From assembly GCA_028534125.1 (NCBI GenBank), contig CM052817.1:436001-500000 (forward strand): 64,000 bases of DNA. Direction: 5' to 3'. The notes beneath the pieces are model-generated. The model saw only the letters and a list, made by a program, of their open reading frames with translations. It searched no databases and was not told the origin of the DNA. The stretch comes from Lama glama (taxonomy: Eukaryota). Of this stretch, positions 37,331 to 53,789 are shown piece after piece; the stretch's first letter is position 1; every line of letters starts with the position of its first letter. A program made the translations under genes and the position numbers.

Positions 37331-37844
37331 GGTGACCACCAAGGGATGAGCCGCAGGAGCACAGAACCCAAGGGGAGCAGAGCTGGAGGACCTGGCCCAG
37401 GACCAGGGCCCTGGTCTGCCGGGAGGCTGCAGGCGAGCACAGCTCCGCAGGTGCGATCCCGGTGCGCCGCCAGCAGGGCTCCGAGAGCCGGGAGGTGGGG
37501 GTTTGAAGAGAGCAGGGTCAACCTGCGCTGCGGGGGCAGGTGCCTTAAGCCGTGGGGCCGGAGTCTGCAGCCCGCCCGGCCGTCACCCGCAGGGCCCAGG
37601 CTTCTGCCTTCCCAGGTGCCGGGCTGGCCAGAGGGGGAGCGCTGGGCAGGGGGCGTCCTCACCCAGACCCACACCACCTGCCCCTGCCAGCACGCAGCTT
37701 CTGGCCAGGATCCTTGGTCACTGTCCCTGGGTCTCCCCACTCCAGCCTCCCAAGGCCACCAGAGCCAGGACTGAGACCCACCAGAGTCCCCGGGGGACAG
37801 AGCCACTAAAACAGACACCGGGCGTGCCAGCTCTTTCTGGGACT

Positions 37845-37850
37845 TTTATT
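37845..37850 (-). terminator. CTBP1: CTBP1 polyadenylation signal AATAAA
   Basis: tttatt on + strand at the end of an AT-rich 3'UTR block; GU-rich element (ggtgtctgttttagtgg) about 25-45 nt downstream on the minus strand. Confidence 0.85.
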
Positions 37851-37905
37851 TCTTTAAAATAATTCATACAAATGGTTACAGTCACAAACATGATTTTAAC
37901 CAAAA

Positions 37906-37912
37906 TATTGCT
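37906..37912 (-). promoter_or_regulatory. miR-137 seed match (AGCAAUA, 7mer-m8) in the CTBP1 3'UTR
   Basis: tattgct on + strand within the distal AT-rich UTR. CTBP1 is a reported miR-137 target in human cells (recalled, not looked up). Confidence 0.6.
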
Positions 37913-38521
37913 AGCTACCACATCAGCAGGACGGCACCCGTGGGCCGGGCGCTGCGCCCTCGCGGCTCGGGGACAGACGCCACGGCCCCGCGCTCTCCTC
38001 TCCAGCCGCCTCACGAGGCCGCCTTCGTTTGGAACAAGGGGGTTCATGCCAAAATTAGGAAAAACAGCCTTTGTTTCGTTTTTCTAAATTATTCTAAAAA
38101 TAAGACAAGCAGGTAGAAAAAACAATGCACTGTGTGGCATGAAAAGAAAGAGGGAAGGAGTCATTGTCCTGAGAAGTTTGCCAACTGCCTGCTCGGGGCG
38201 CGCTCCACACACAGAGGGAACCGCTGTGAAGCCGGCTGGACGGAGCCCCCGGTTCCCGCCGGCCGACAGCTAAGCAAACAGATCCTCTGTAACACTCTGG
38301 ACTGTACACAGACGGAACATTCATGATAGAATTAACTACTAACTTCTTCTGCTTTAACGAGGACGCAAAGGACACAGGGCAGCGGCCCCTCGGGACGGGA
38401 CAACTACAGTCGATGCGGGGAGGCCGGGCCACCTCGCAGGCCCGGCGCCCGGACAGTCTCAGGAGTGCCGTGGCCGCTGAGGGCGCACACGCCTGTCCGA
38501 GGGTGCGGCACTCCGCCCGGG

Positions 38522-38893
<372 letters not shown>

Positions 38894-38896
38894 TCA

Positions 38897-39430
<534 letters not shown>

Positions 39431-39477
39431 TCAGGGGTCTGCTGGGGCCTAGACATCGGCCAGCCCTGGGTGGGTCA

Positions 39478-39828
<351 letters not shown>

Positions 39829-40231
39829 TCAGACCCCAGGCCCACTCAGCACTTCTGTGCTCTCCAGGGCTGCAGACCCAGAAGTGCGTCTCGGCTGTGG
39901 GGCCCCTGTGCGTGACCACACGTGGCCAGCTGCCTCGTGCCCCCAGGCAAAGCCTGGCCACTGTGGCCCTGGGCACACCGCAGGATGCCTGAGCCCTTTC
40001 CCTCTCCAGGAGGTGCAGGGGACTGAGAGCCTCCCTGGCCCAGGCGTTGGCCTCCCAGCCTCTTGAGACCTGGCTGGGCCCTGGGAGGAAGGTCTGTCCG
40101 ACGTGGGATCTCAGGCTGAGAGTCCTTCCGTGTCCTTGGACCCCAGCTGCCCGAGGCCAGGCCTGGAGACCTCTTGTAGGCATCGGGGCCCCACTCCCTC
40201 AGCACTGTGAGGCCCTGCAGCCATGAGGCTA

Positions 40232-40522
<291 letters not shown>

Positions 40523-40726
40523 TCACCCTAGCTAGGCCGCCCTGCCGGCCATCAGCTCAGGCAGCCCTTCCTGGATCAGTTCTCGCCTGTTCTGGCCTCA
40601 TATCCAGTTCTCAGGGACAGCATGGCGCTGACCAGTGCCCACGAGGCCCAAAGCCCCCAACTGGGAACAAAGGCGTGGCCTCACCCTCCTTGGGGCCCGG
40701 GGGCCCTGGGCAAACAGCAATCAGGG

Positions 40727-41380
<654 letters not shown>

Positions 41381-43005
41381 TCACCATGTGCCCCGGCTTC
41401 TCCATCTGCCCAGGGTGACCCCAAAGTGCCAGTTCCCAGAAGCTGAGCGGGGGTGGGGGGGCAGAAGGGGTCAGGACAGGGCTTCAGAAAGGAGAGGGCA
41501 GTGGGGTGGGGGCTGTGGTGTTAGGATTCGTCCCTGCACCCTGGAGGCTGAACCCCCTGACTTCAACCCCCACAAATGCCAGGGGTCAGGGGGTGTTCAG
41601 AGCCCATTCCCTGGGATGGTGCTCTGCCCTGGCCACAGCAGGGCAGCTCCTTCAGGGACCCCCTTGTGGATCCCCGCTCCCTTAGAGCCTCAGACTTCAG
41701 CGGAGGTGGAAGTGCGCCGGCACAGAGACCCCCGGGAGGGGCGCCAGCCCGCGAGGCCGGGCAGCAGGGGCCTGGGTCCTGCCAGGGCATCCGGCCTCAG
41801 GGCTGAGGATCGGGCACCCGCAGTCACCTCGTGCCCCTTCACCTGCGTCAGCGCCCCGTTCCGAGAAGCCAAGAAACCCGAAGCAGGTTTCCACTTTTGT
41901 GAAAATAGGTGAAGAGCGTAAATTGCTTTCAGCATGTTTTGCAGCTGCCTTCGGGCCCCTTCCTTTCTGGGACCCGCGGGCAGCCTCTGAACGTGGAGCA
42001 GCGCAGTAGTGACCACAACTCTGTAGCAAGCTGCTTCTCCACTTTCCGCCCCTGTGGCCACGGAAGGGATGCTCTGCTCTTGGGCAGCGAGGAACCAGAG
42101 CACAGGTTCTGGGGTTCCCAGGGGGCGAGGCGAGGGGTGAGGCGAGGGCCTGAGCCGCGAGCAGGAGCCACGGTCCCAGGGCAGCCAGGCCGGGCACTGG
42201 GTGAGAGGCAGACTCTGGGACCACCCAGTCCTCCCGGGTGGTCACCCCTACACTGGGCCCCACTGAGTCTCGTGACCAAAGCCACCCACAGAAGTGACTC
42301 AGCCCCAAATCCACTTGGCCAGGCACACCTGCTCTGCTCACTTCTTCAACCGTGTGGGCGGAGGCCCTGGGGTGGGAGGTGCCGTCCTTGCCCTCAGACC
42401 TTCCCATGCGCTTGGGGAGTTGGAGCCTAAGTGCTGGGTGCACGGTGCTCACAGGGCTATGGGGCTCTGACCAGTGCAGCGTCCGTGTGCACACGTCCAG
42501 CAGGACAGTGACTCGTGTTGGGGAGACACCCCCATGGCCCACAGACATCAGTGACCCCAATTCCCTGCACTAATGCAGGCATGTCTGTCACTGAGATGAC
42601 CCGAAATGCCTCCGAAATTCCCCCACTGCTACGCGAGGCAGTGCCTTTGCTGTGGACAGCCGACAGGGTGGTCAGTGGGGGAGAACCCTCAGGAAACAGC
42701 ATGCCGGGGAGTCCCAGGTGGACAGGGTGGCAGTTCTCAGGCAGGCTGGGTTTGGCTGGGCTCCGGAGCAAACAAGAAAGACGCTGGGCAGTGCAGGGTG
42801 GCCTCATGTGCAGGAGCTCCCCCATAACCCCCGATAGCCCTGCCCTCCACACTCGCCTCTCCCTCCTAGCACCTCCTACTGCCCCCGGGGTGCCACCTGC
42901 CCCAATGGGCCCCCAATGTGGCTCCATTCCCAGGATAGCTGCCTGCAGAGTGAGTGATCGGGTGGGTGGAAGACAGCAGACCTCCCCTCAGCCAGGCAAG
43001 GCTCA

Positions 43006-43548
<543 letters not shown>

Positions 43549-44494
43549 TCACCTGTGACAGGCTGTGGCCCTGGGCCTGGACCACCTGCCACGGGACCTT
43601 CCAGGGAGAGGTCACAGCCAGGCCACCACTGCACAGGCACCACCCCTCCTGCCCCCAAGGCCCCGTCCTCCTGGCCCCTCAGCACAAGCAGCTGCATCAG
43701 CAGAGCCGCCCAGAGCCTCGGCCTGGCGTGGACCTGGCCCTGCCCCCCACCCACCATCTGCTCGTCCCCCGCACCTGCTGTCTCCCCAGTGAGGCAGCGG
43801 CACCTGGCGGCCAGGATGGCACTGTGTTGACCCTTGGGCCACCCCAGTGCCTGGACATTGTCTGACAGGCAGACGGACCTCGCACCACTTTCCCAAAGCA
43901 CCTCGGCTCACCAGGAGAAGTACGTCCAGGGCGGGTGCAGGGGACACTGGGCGAGATCAGACCTGGACCATCTGTCAGGTTTGGGAACAAAACTGCCACG
44001 GGACAGTGGACCAGGTCCTGGGGGGCCTTGACAAGGATGCCCACGTGGCACAGCCCAGACTGGCCCGGAGGAAAGATGAAGCCCGAGCCTGAGAAGTCAC
44101 AAGGGAGTGAGAACCAGCCCTGGGAACGGGAGGAAACCCCAGACACTGCAGGTGCCTTCCTGGGGGCACTGCCCAGGGACAGGTGGCAGTGTGTGGGTGG
44201 GGGGGTCCCAGCTGTGTGCGTTGCCGTGGGCACCAGGGGCTGGCACGGGGGCAGAGTGAACCCTGGGACGGGTGGCGGCAGACAACATGAAACCGTTTTC
44301 ACCCTGCGGGACTTGAAGATACAGCCTAGAAGCAAGGACATCAGAGGCCGCAGTCTACAACGGGGGGCTGAACCCACGTGTCCTCACTTTACTGCAGAGC
44401 CATAACTGGCACAGGAAAAGAAAAGGAGAGACAAGACCAGAGCAGCAGATAAAGTGGGAGGCCAAACCCAACATAGCACAGTCACCCTGTTTCA

Positions 44495-45229
<735 letters not shown>

Positions 45230-48200
45230 TCAGCCCCCAGTTCCCAAGCAGCCTCCTTCCCTGTGGGCACTGCACTGTGGACCCTCTCAGGGGGAGGCCG
45301 CCTGATCCCAGCTTGAAAGGTCTGCAGTGACTGGGGGTGACCGCACTGACAAGAAACTTGTCGAGGACACCGAGGGTCCCAGCCCATCAACTCAGGAGCC
45401 AAGGAGGGGCAGAGAAGACGTGGGTGGGCACCAGACACAATGGATGGAAAATGATGGGAAGCCCAGTAGCATCTGTAACCCCCAGCCCCTGCCAATGGGG
45501 TGGGAGTCACGGAGGCACCTAGACAAACTGCTGCCAAAACAAGTGCAGCCCGAGGGCTGGTAATGCTGCCACGATGCCGGGAGCCGCGGGCAGGCGCAGA
45601 GCTCCTGGGACGGCGAGCACGCTCTGCCCAGCGCGGCCCCCTCCACACACAGGTGGAGGATGGATATGCCGAACCCGCCCCTCAGTGTGCAGAAGGCGTG
45701 GCCTCCAGGGCAGCCCCGCGCGTCCCACGCGGAAGGTCACTCCTCCCAGAAGGGCGAGGAGCAGTCACAGCCCCTGGGCGCTACCCACGGCACCACGATC
45801 TGGGCAGCTGCCCAACAGCCCCCTCAACCCCAGGCACCTGAAGGGTGTCAAGGTCTGGCGGGGCCCCAGCAGGGTCTACGTGGGTGGACCTTGCGTGCAG
45901 AGATCGGCCCGCGAGAGGGGCCTTGCCAGCCGCAGGCCCTAGGAAGGCCTGAGAGCTGCCTCTGTGCCCCTGGACCACCCCAACCCGGGGCTCCGGGCGG
46001 CCCTGGAAGCCTATCCCGCGGTGTCCCCGCGTCCAGGCGCAGCTGCTGCAGATGAAGCCGTGGGCAAGTTGAGCCAACATCTCTCACGAGTTTGGGCGGC
46101 ACAGCGAGGCCTGCCCGGGACCACGCCCCACGCGGAGCCGCTACCTGCGCATGCGCACGGGCCGACACCGCCCCCTCCCCTGGAGGAGCCCCGGGGTCCC
46201 CGAAGGCCTGGAGCTCGGCCAGCGCCAGCCCGGCCCGAGTGGGGCGCACCCTGCTCCTGGGCACCTCCCCCCCGCTTGGCTCTTACGCCCACCCCCTACA
46301 GACACTTGCTCCTGAGGGCAGAGCTCCTGGCTCTGCGGGGTACAGGGGAGGGGGCGATGGCGCAGGTCCAGGAGGGCGGGGGCCTACACCCCAAAGCAGT
46401 GAGCGCAGGGCCACAGCGATCTGAGCCACGACTTGCTCTGGCCACAGCCAGGGCCCCAGATACCCAATTTCTGGGCTCAAGGGCTGGGCCCACCCCATCC
46501 GACCTCATGATGTAATCCACGAGGTAGCTGGGGGACGGAGTTTCTTCCTCCCTTATGGGACGTCATAATCGATGACCTCGCAAATTCAGTGAAATGCACA
46601 GGCCTCTGGGAACCCGTGGTGGATGAGTCGGCTGTCCCTGCAGCCTCTGGACTGAGCTGCCTGTGCTGACCAGGGAGGCCAACGACGGGCGTGCTGACCT
46701 GGGTCCCTGGGCAAGGGAGGCTGTGGACCGTAAGGGGCCACACGTGAGCTGCATAGACCAGAGCTGACGTGGTGAGTGAGATGGAGGGGTGTGGAGTGTG
46801 GGAAGCAGGGCTCAAGACTGCAGCTGCAGTGAGACCAGCCGCCCTGGGCTCAGCCCTGGTAAGGATGGCCACCCAGAGTGCAGCTTCCCTTGGGGCTGGC
46901 GTGGAGGACACGGCCTTAGGGACCACACAGAAAGGACCAAGGCAGAGACAGCAGAACGGCGGGGCATAGGGAGCCTGGGGCCCCCTTCTGCAAGCACCAG
47001 GCTGACCAGGACTTTTCCAAGAAAGGCATGGGGCGCCACAGGCCCATGCATCACCTCCTTCCCGGTAGACACCAGGATTCCAGCTGCTGGAGCGGGGGAG
47101 CTGCTGAGCAGGTGCGAGAACGACCAGCTGGGTCACTGCCCACGTCCTGAGAACCGCCCGGGAAGGCGTCGAGGCCGCACGGGAAGACCGCGCGTCTTGA
47201 CGGGACGGGGTGTGGGTGGGGTAAGGGCCAGCGTGTGCCGGCGGAGCAGCAGTGAGAGCCCATGAGAGGCAAAGGAGTTAATGAGCACGTGGGGCGAGGG
47301 AACAGGAAGTGGAGACGTCACTGGAGCTAGGGCAGCGCACACGGGGAGGGCCACGGGGGCAGGGGGCCTCAGCTGGTGAGGAGGGCCCCCAAGTAGGTGG
47401 GCAGGTGAGGGGCTGCATGCAGAGATCTACTGACGTCCACTGAGGGCAGGCACAGCTGTGTGTTAGATGCACAGGTCAGGAGGGGCAGCCCCAGACTCAG
47501 GGACAGGCGGATCGGGATGAGGCACTGGACGGGAACCCAGGTCTCCGGCCTGGGCAGCTGGACACGCGTAGGCCGCGGCTGAGATGCACGTGCAGAGGAT
47601 GGGCTGGGCAGGCGGGACAGGGGGCTTTCACAGCATGGGCGTGTGTGCGGGGGCAGCCTGTCCGGAGCACTTCAAGGCGGCGCTGTCTCTGGTGCCCTGT
47701 GTTACATCTAACACAGATGGCCATGACTGTCTTGAGTGTCTGTAAAGCTGGGGAGCTGGCGCATTGCAGTAAAAACCCGAGTGCTGGCTTCTTTCCCTGA
47801 GGTGGGAAGTAAGCAGGTCACTGCAGGTCCTCTCCAGCTCTGGTCCACAGTGCTCCTCCCCTCGGCTCCGAGCGCACAGCCCTGGGCATTCCCGACTTCA
47901 GAATGCTCCCGGTGACACGTGCTATCTGCATCCATCACTTGAACTTGTATTTCTGGGTGTGACCCACTCCCGTGCATTTCTTGGTAAATTGTCTTTTTCG
48001 TGCCTGGTCCTCTCTCAAACCCCAGGGCACTAGATGAAGTGTTCCCAGTGGACACCTCCCGGAGACCAGCCCCTGCCCCTGCAGGGCCACCATCCTCTGT
48101 CCAGACTCCAGGTCCACAAGCCTTGCTGGTTCGTGTTCTCTCTCGTGGCTGCAAAGTGATTGTGACACCCCGGAAATGGCATCCACCTCCCAGGAGCCAC

Positions 48201-50314
48201 CCCAGCAGCTCCCCAATGTCCTTCCAGCAGCTGCAAAACCAGTGACTGACTGAGTCGGTGTCCTCTGATCCAGAGAGGGTGACGGGGCATGCCTGAGGAG
48301 GACTCACAGGACACCACCCCAAAGGAAGGCCAGGAAACGGCATTCTGGAGCTGAGGCTCCCCTCCAGCCATCACAGGACACGCACGGCTGCGCTCAGGAG
48401 CTCCAGCGACTTCTCCCGCATCCTTCCGGGAGCTGGGTTCTGTGAAGCAGCCAGGGGCCCAGGGTGACACTTCCTGATGCTCCAGGGTTTCTCAATGACA
48501 AATGGCTCAGCGTGGAGGGACAGCAGGCTGGAGACCTCATGCTCCAGATTCTCACGGAACCGCCAAAGTGCCACTCAAACCAGCAGCAGCCCATATGCCT
48601 CCCGTTCTCACAGCGACGGCCAGGCTGCACCTGGAGTCCAAGTCCCTGGGACGGGGACAGTGTCACCTGCTTCTGGCCCGAGCACCCCTCCCCCACCTGC
48701 TGGGATGTCTCCTTCCTCGTGATCGAGGAGTCTGAACGTCTCAGCTGTTAATGCTCTGGCCGGACACGGGCTGCAAACACCCACCCCTCACTCCCCTGCT
48801 TTCCAGTTTTGTGTTGCCTCAAGACTGTTTCAGCTGCCTTGTAACCAGATGGCCCCTTCCCTGTACACGCTGGCTGCCTGCAGACCTGCCTCGTCTGGTT
48901 CTGTCCTGACCAGGGAGCACGGCTCCTCTAACATTCGGTGAGGGTGGGTGCCCACGCCAGCCGTGCCCGGGGACCTGAACGCGGGGGCATGAGGGCAACC
49001 CCAAGGCTCACAGGCTCACCAGTCCTCTGCCACTCCCAGTATCCTCAGGTCTCCTGGGGCAGGGGCTGTTTTGGGGTTTCCATCCCTCCTGCCGACGGCC
49101 ACCCCACTACTAGCCACAAAGCCTGTTTCTGCATTTTTTTCTGGATTTTTATTTCATTTCTTACCTGGCCTCCCTCCTGGGACTGGCTCTTTGCTCCGAC
49201 GAGGCCCCCACTGGCCCCTTCAAGATGCTCTCCCCGTAGGCCTGCAGTCCTGCCCACAGCAGCCCCTGGGGACCGAGCCGGCTCCCGGGGCAGCGCCCCT
49301 CCCACCCTGGCCTGGCCTCTCGACAAACCACCCAGGCCTTCCTCTTCCGAGGCTGCCGCCCCCTCTGTGGGTGCCTAATTTTCTCCAAGGAGCTGCCTGA
49401 GAGGACGGCTGAGGAGCAAGGCCCCCGGCGGGCCAGCACATGAGAAGCCGCAGTCCCGGGCTGCAGACCCTCTTCCTGCGAGCTTCAGTGAGCCCAGTGT
49501 GGGCCTGGTCTGAGCTCAGCCCCCACCCCCAGCCTTGGTGAAACCAGAACTCCAAAGGCAGGGCATCTGTGGGCCCCGACGCTCCTCCCAGTTTGTGGTG
49601 GGAGAGCTGCAGCCCCTACTCGGCTCCGGAAGATTTCCTCACGCTGTGGTGCTCAAACCACTCTCTCTCCTGTGACACTTGGATAACGTCCAACATCCAA
49701 CCAGCTGTGAGGAGGCAGGAACCCCAACCAAACGCGACAGGGGAACCACGGTGATTCTCCTCCCAGGCCAGGGCCTGCAGACAGGAGGTGCGGGGAGGGC
49801 AGCTCTGCACCCGAAGCCCGCCCACCTCCGCCGGCTGGACTGAGTCACGTGGCCACACCCGGCTGCACAGCATGGGGAGGGGCTGCTCCTCCCGGGCGGC
49901 TCTTCCATGGGGCCGGGCTGCACCACCCCACCGGGCTTGGCCCCCCGGGGAGTCTGCCCCCTCTCCCTCGTCCTCGTCCCCTCCATCTTTCTTCTGGCCT
50001 TCCATGGTCTGTTCTCCAAGCTTCCTGTGAAAACCTCCATTTTCCGCTCACACTGTAACTTCCAGGAGCTACTCCTGCTCTCCTGGGTTCCTCTCCTGCC
50101 CAGTGGGCCACCAGACACCTTCACACCTAAGGACACCAACGTGAGGCTTCCAAACTCTCTTCTAACCAAAGCGGAACATTCTGCCCAGCAATGCTTCTCC
50201 TGCACATTTACCTGTTCTCTGACAGGCGTGGCCTTGGCTGTGGGGGGTGAGGGGGCCAAGGATGCTGTCCGTCCACTGGCGAGGCAGGGCTGTCCCTGAC
50301 CCTCCTGAAGGTGT

Positions 50315-50620
50315 CTGTTAACTTGCTTCTTTGTGTTTTATATTAACTTGTTCCAGTAGTTTGGGTGCATCACAATTTTGGAATAAAACGTTTTGTCTCA
50401 GTTTCCAAATTTACTTGCAAAGCTTGTTTTAATATTGCCTATGATTTTTGTAAATTTCTATCCACAAGTTTCTTTCATTCTGTACATTGGTTTTTCAAAC
50501 AGCTAATTTTAGTTTGAAAGAGTTTAAAACTCAGGAGATGTCGCCAACACGGTAAGAGGGCTCCCGGGCTCACGAGCCCAGACGTATGCATCTGTGCACA
50601 GCTCCATGTGACTTCGCCGC
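50315..50620 (-). mobile_element. Degraded L1 fragments in CTBP1 intron 3
   Basis: Abrupt AT-rich block; ttttagtttgaaagagtttaaaactcaggagatgtcgc resembles an L1MC 3' terminus. Confidence 0.45.
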
Positions 50621-51834
50621 TACCCCAGGACACAGAGCAGGACTGCCCGTCTCCACAAAGCAGCACCCGAACCTGGCACCTCCACCTCCACCACTGCCCT
50701 CCTGTCCGGGAGGGGACAGCTGACTCCCGGGGCCCCCGCGCCTTCTCCTTGCCCAGTGGGGCTCCCAGGTAGGCCTGTGCCTGAGCTGAAGGCCCTCTGG
50801 TCCCCTCTGGTTCCAGCCACGAGGAGCAGAGCAGCTGCGACGTCACACGCGGCTTTCTGTGTGGACGTGTGGTGTGCTTCTCTGGGAGCAGCAGCAGCAG
50901 CGTGACTGAGGGCTCTGTGCTGTGCGCAGCCGCTGGCCGCCGTTCCCAGAGGGGCTGCCCGGCCCGACCTCAGCCGCCGCTGCACTTTTCTCCTCGGGGG
51001 TCGCTGTCCTCTGCCACCTCCGGATGATCGTCAGCCTTTATCTCGGCAGGTTTTGCTTCTGGCCACCCCTCCCCTCACTCTGAGACTGCCCTTGGAGCCC
51101 AGCTCCCCATGCAGGCCTGCACCCTGCGGCCCTGTGCCCCTTTCCCACCCCGATTCCCGACTGGCTGCCGAGTCTGCCCAGTGAATCCTCACTCTCAGCT
51201 TTGCTCCAGATCATCTCAGAATCCTCCTAGTCCTGTCCGTTGCTTTGAACACTCGCAGGTCCTCGTGCTGCTCTCCAGCTCGGTCTTTGTGCCCGGGTTG
51301 TGACAGCAGCCGTCCCAGCAGCTCCCGGGGGTCCCTCCGCGCACCTTTATTTCTGCTGGCTTTCACTCAAAGTCCTCACCTCTGCTACTGCCTGGTCACC
51401 TCAGACTGTGTGATGGACACTGTGCTACAAAACCATTTACAGAGACAATCTGAGGCCCAGCGCAGTGGTCTCTTCCCATCAAGAGAATGCATGCCCATGT
51501 TCCACCAGCCACCTGGGGCCGGCGGTGCAGGTCGCCGACTATCCACGCTCAGGGCCTGAGGTGCGCGTCCCGGGCTGGACGGCGGACACGAGGGAGCACT
51601 TGGTTCCAGCTCATCCTCCCTCCAGGGCCCCAGCAGAGAGCCAGAGGGAGGTCCAGCAGGCTCCATCCTCGGCTGGCCCGGAAGGCTGCCAGAGCCGCCG
51701 CTTTCAGCACAGCCCACACGCCAGGCCGGCTGCTGAGACCTGTCCATCCCCGCGGAGTCTGGGACTCTCCTGACCCTGCTGGCTCTCCGAAGCTCCTACG
51801 CTGTCTCAGGAGAAACGTGGTTCTCAAGGACTCA

Positions 51835-52257
<423 letters not shown>

Positions 52258-53596
52258 TCAGCCTCCCGGTGCGGCGCAGCCAGGCAGCCACCCCAAGCAC
52301 CTGTGATTTCCATGTGTCCAGACACAGGATCTTTCTCAACAGTGAGTTGAAAATCAAGGAGAAAACAAATTACGCTTTGCTTCAGCTCCCAGCCGCCCGG
52401 GCAGCCCTGCCACCCGCCTGATGCCAGGAGAGGCAGGCAGATCGGAAGTAATGGGCTTTGGGGACGAGCCCATGGTTTCTCCTCTGCCTGAGGCCACAGC
52501 GTGCTGCCCAGAAACCCCACAGGGACCCCCGCCCCATCCAGCGCTGCTCCTGTATACAGGTTTGAGGGACAAGAAACAGTGCAGAGCTAGACAGGGGTTA
52601 AAACTCCAGAAAATGGCCAGAACCACTCACGTTCCCAAAAGACAAGGTTGAGGATCATTAAACACTTGTCCTTCCACACGGGAGGCAGTGGCACCTCACG
52701 TGGATCCAGGGTGGAGACATGAGGGCCCACAGGAGACACACACTGGCCCTGCCAAAGCTTGGCCGCGGACGGCCCACGCAGCCCCGGGCACGCTGCGGCC
52801 AGCATGGGGACGGCACCAGGTGTGCAGGACGAGAACTCAGGCATGGTGACTGCATGGCTTCCCAGGGCCCACAGCCACCTGCCAGCAGCCACAGCTCCCG
52901 AGGGCACGCCGCTCACACCCCACCCTCAGACGGCGATGGTCTGCAGACCAGAACCCCAGGAGCGGTGTGTCCAGGCCAACCCCCCAACACGCAGTCAGCA
53001 GAGAGCAAAGCGCCACAGACGTGCAGAGAACAGCGACTTTCCACATGAAACTGCTACCTGGCCTAGCGTGTGACACACACCCCCCCCGCCCAACATCCCT
53101 CAGCTTTTATTTTCATAAACATCCAACCACAACCATGGTGCATGAACCAAGCCTCCAGGATCTACGGCGGCTTCCTGGCCATCACGTGGCTGCACAGCCT
53201 TGTGTGGAACCGCCGGGGAGAGGACGGCGGGGCACGGGCGGGCCCGGCAGTGAGCACGGTGAACTCTCGATGGAGGGCACTGTGCTCGGCAGGGCTGCCC
53301 TGGACACCAGGCCTCCCGACCACGTAGCTGGTGCCGGACCAGGTCTTGGGGCCCAGCAGCAACGCTCAGAGCCACGGCGAGTCCGCAGAACCTCTGGCTG
53401 CGGCCTGGCCGAGCTCTCACAGCCTTGAGACTCTTCTCGACGGATACGAACTACGTGGCACACGTGAGCCCAACCCCTGGGCTCTTTCCCAGAAACTCAG
53501 CCGCGCTCCCTCTGGGAGGGCCCTGTCCTAACCCACCGCACCGGGGGACGGGGCACCGGCCTCGGGCAGCTGCGCGCTCCAGCAGCCCCAACCAAC

Positions 53597-53603
53597 CTGA
53601 CAT
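53597..53603 (-). CDS. CTBP1: CtBP1-S start codon segment (M-S-G)
   Basis: ATGTCAG immediately before the donor; phase 1 matches the exon 3 acceptor. Confidence 0.85.
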
Positions 53604-53789
53604 CTCTTAATATGGGCTCAGCTTCCACCACCATGAATTCGCCTTTCAACGCGCTCTATCTTCAGAATCCCAGGGCAGAACCGCGTCCTGTCACTGCGTC
53701 CTCATCCCACGGCTTTAATCGTCTTGAACCAAAGCTCCTAGGCTCCTGTCCACGGCGGCCACCGAAGCCCGCGCCGGGTCAAAGTCTGA
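53597..53789 (-). other. CTBP1: CTBP1 alternative exon 2 (mostly 5'UTR; supplies the ATG-TCA-G start of CtBP1-S/BARS at 53603-53597)
   Basis: Acceptor tgtgtttaatttttag|. The exon ends ...AAGAG ATG TCA G|gttggt, which splices in frame to exon 3 to give [11 protein letters not shown], the known short-isoform N-terminus. Confidence 0.88.
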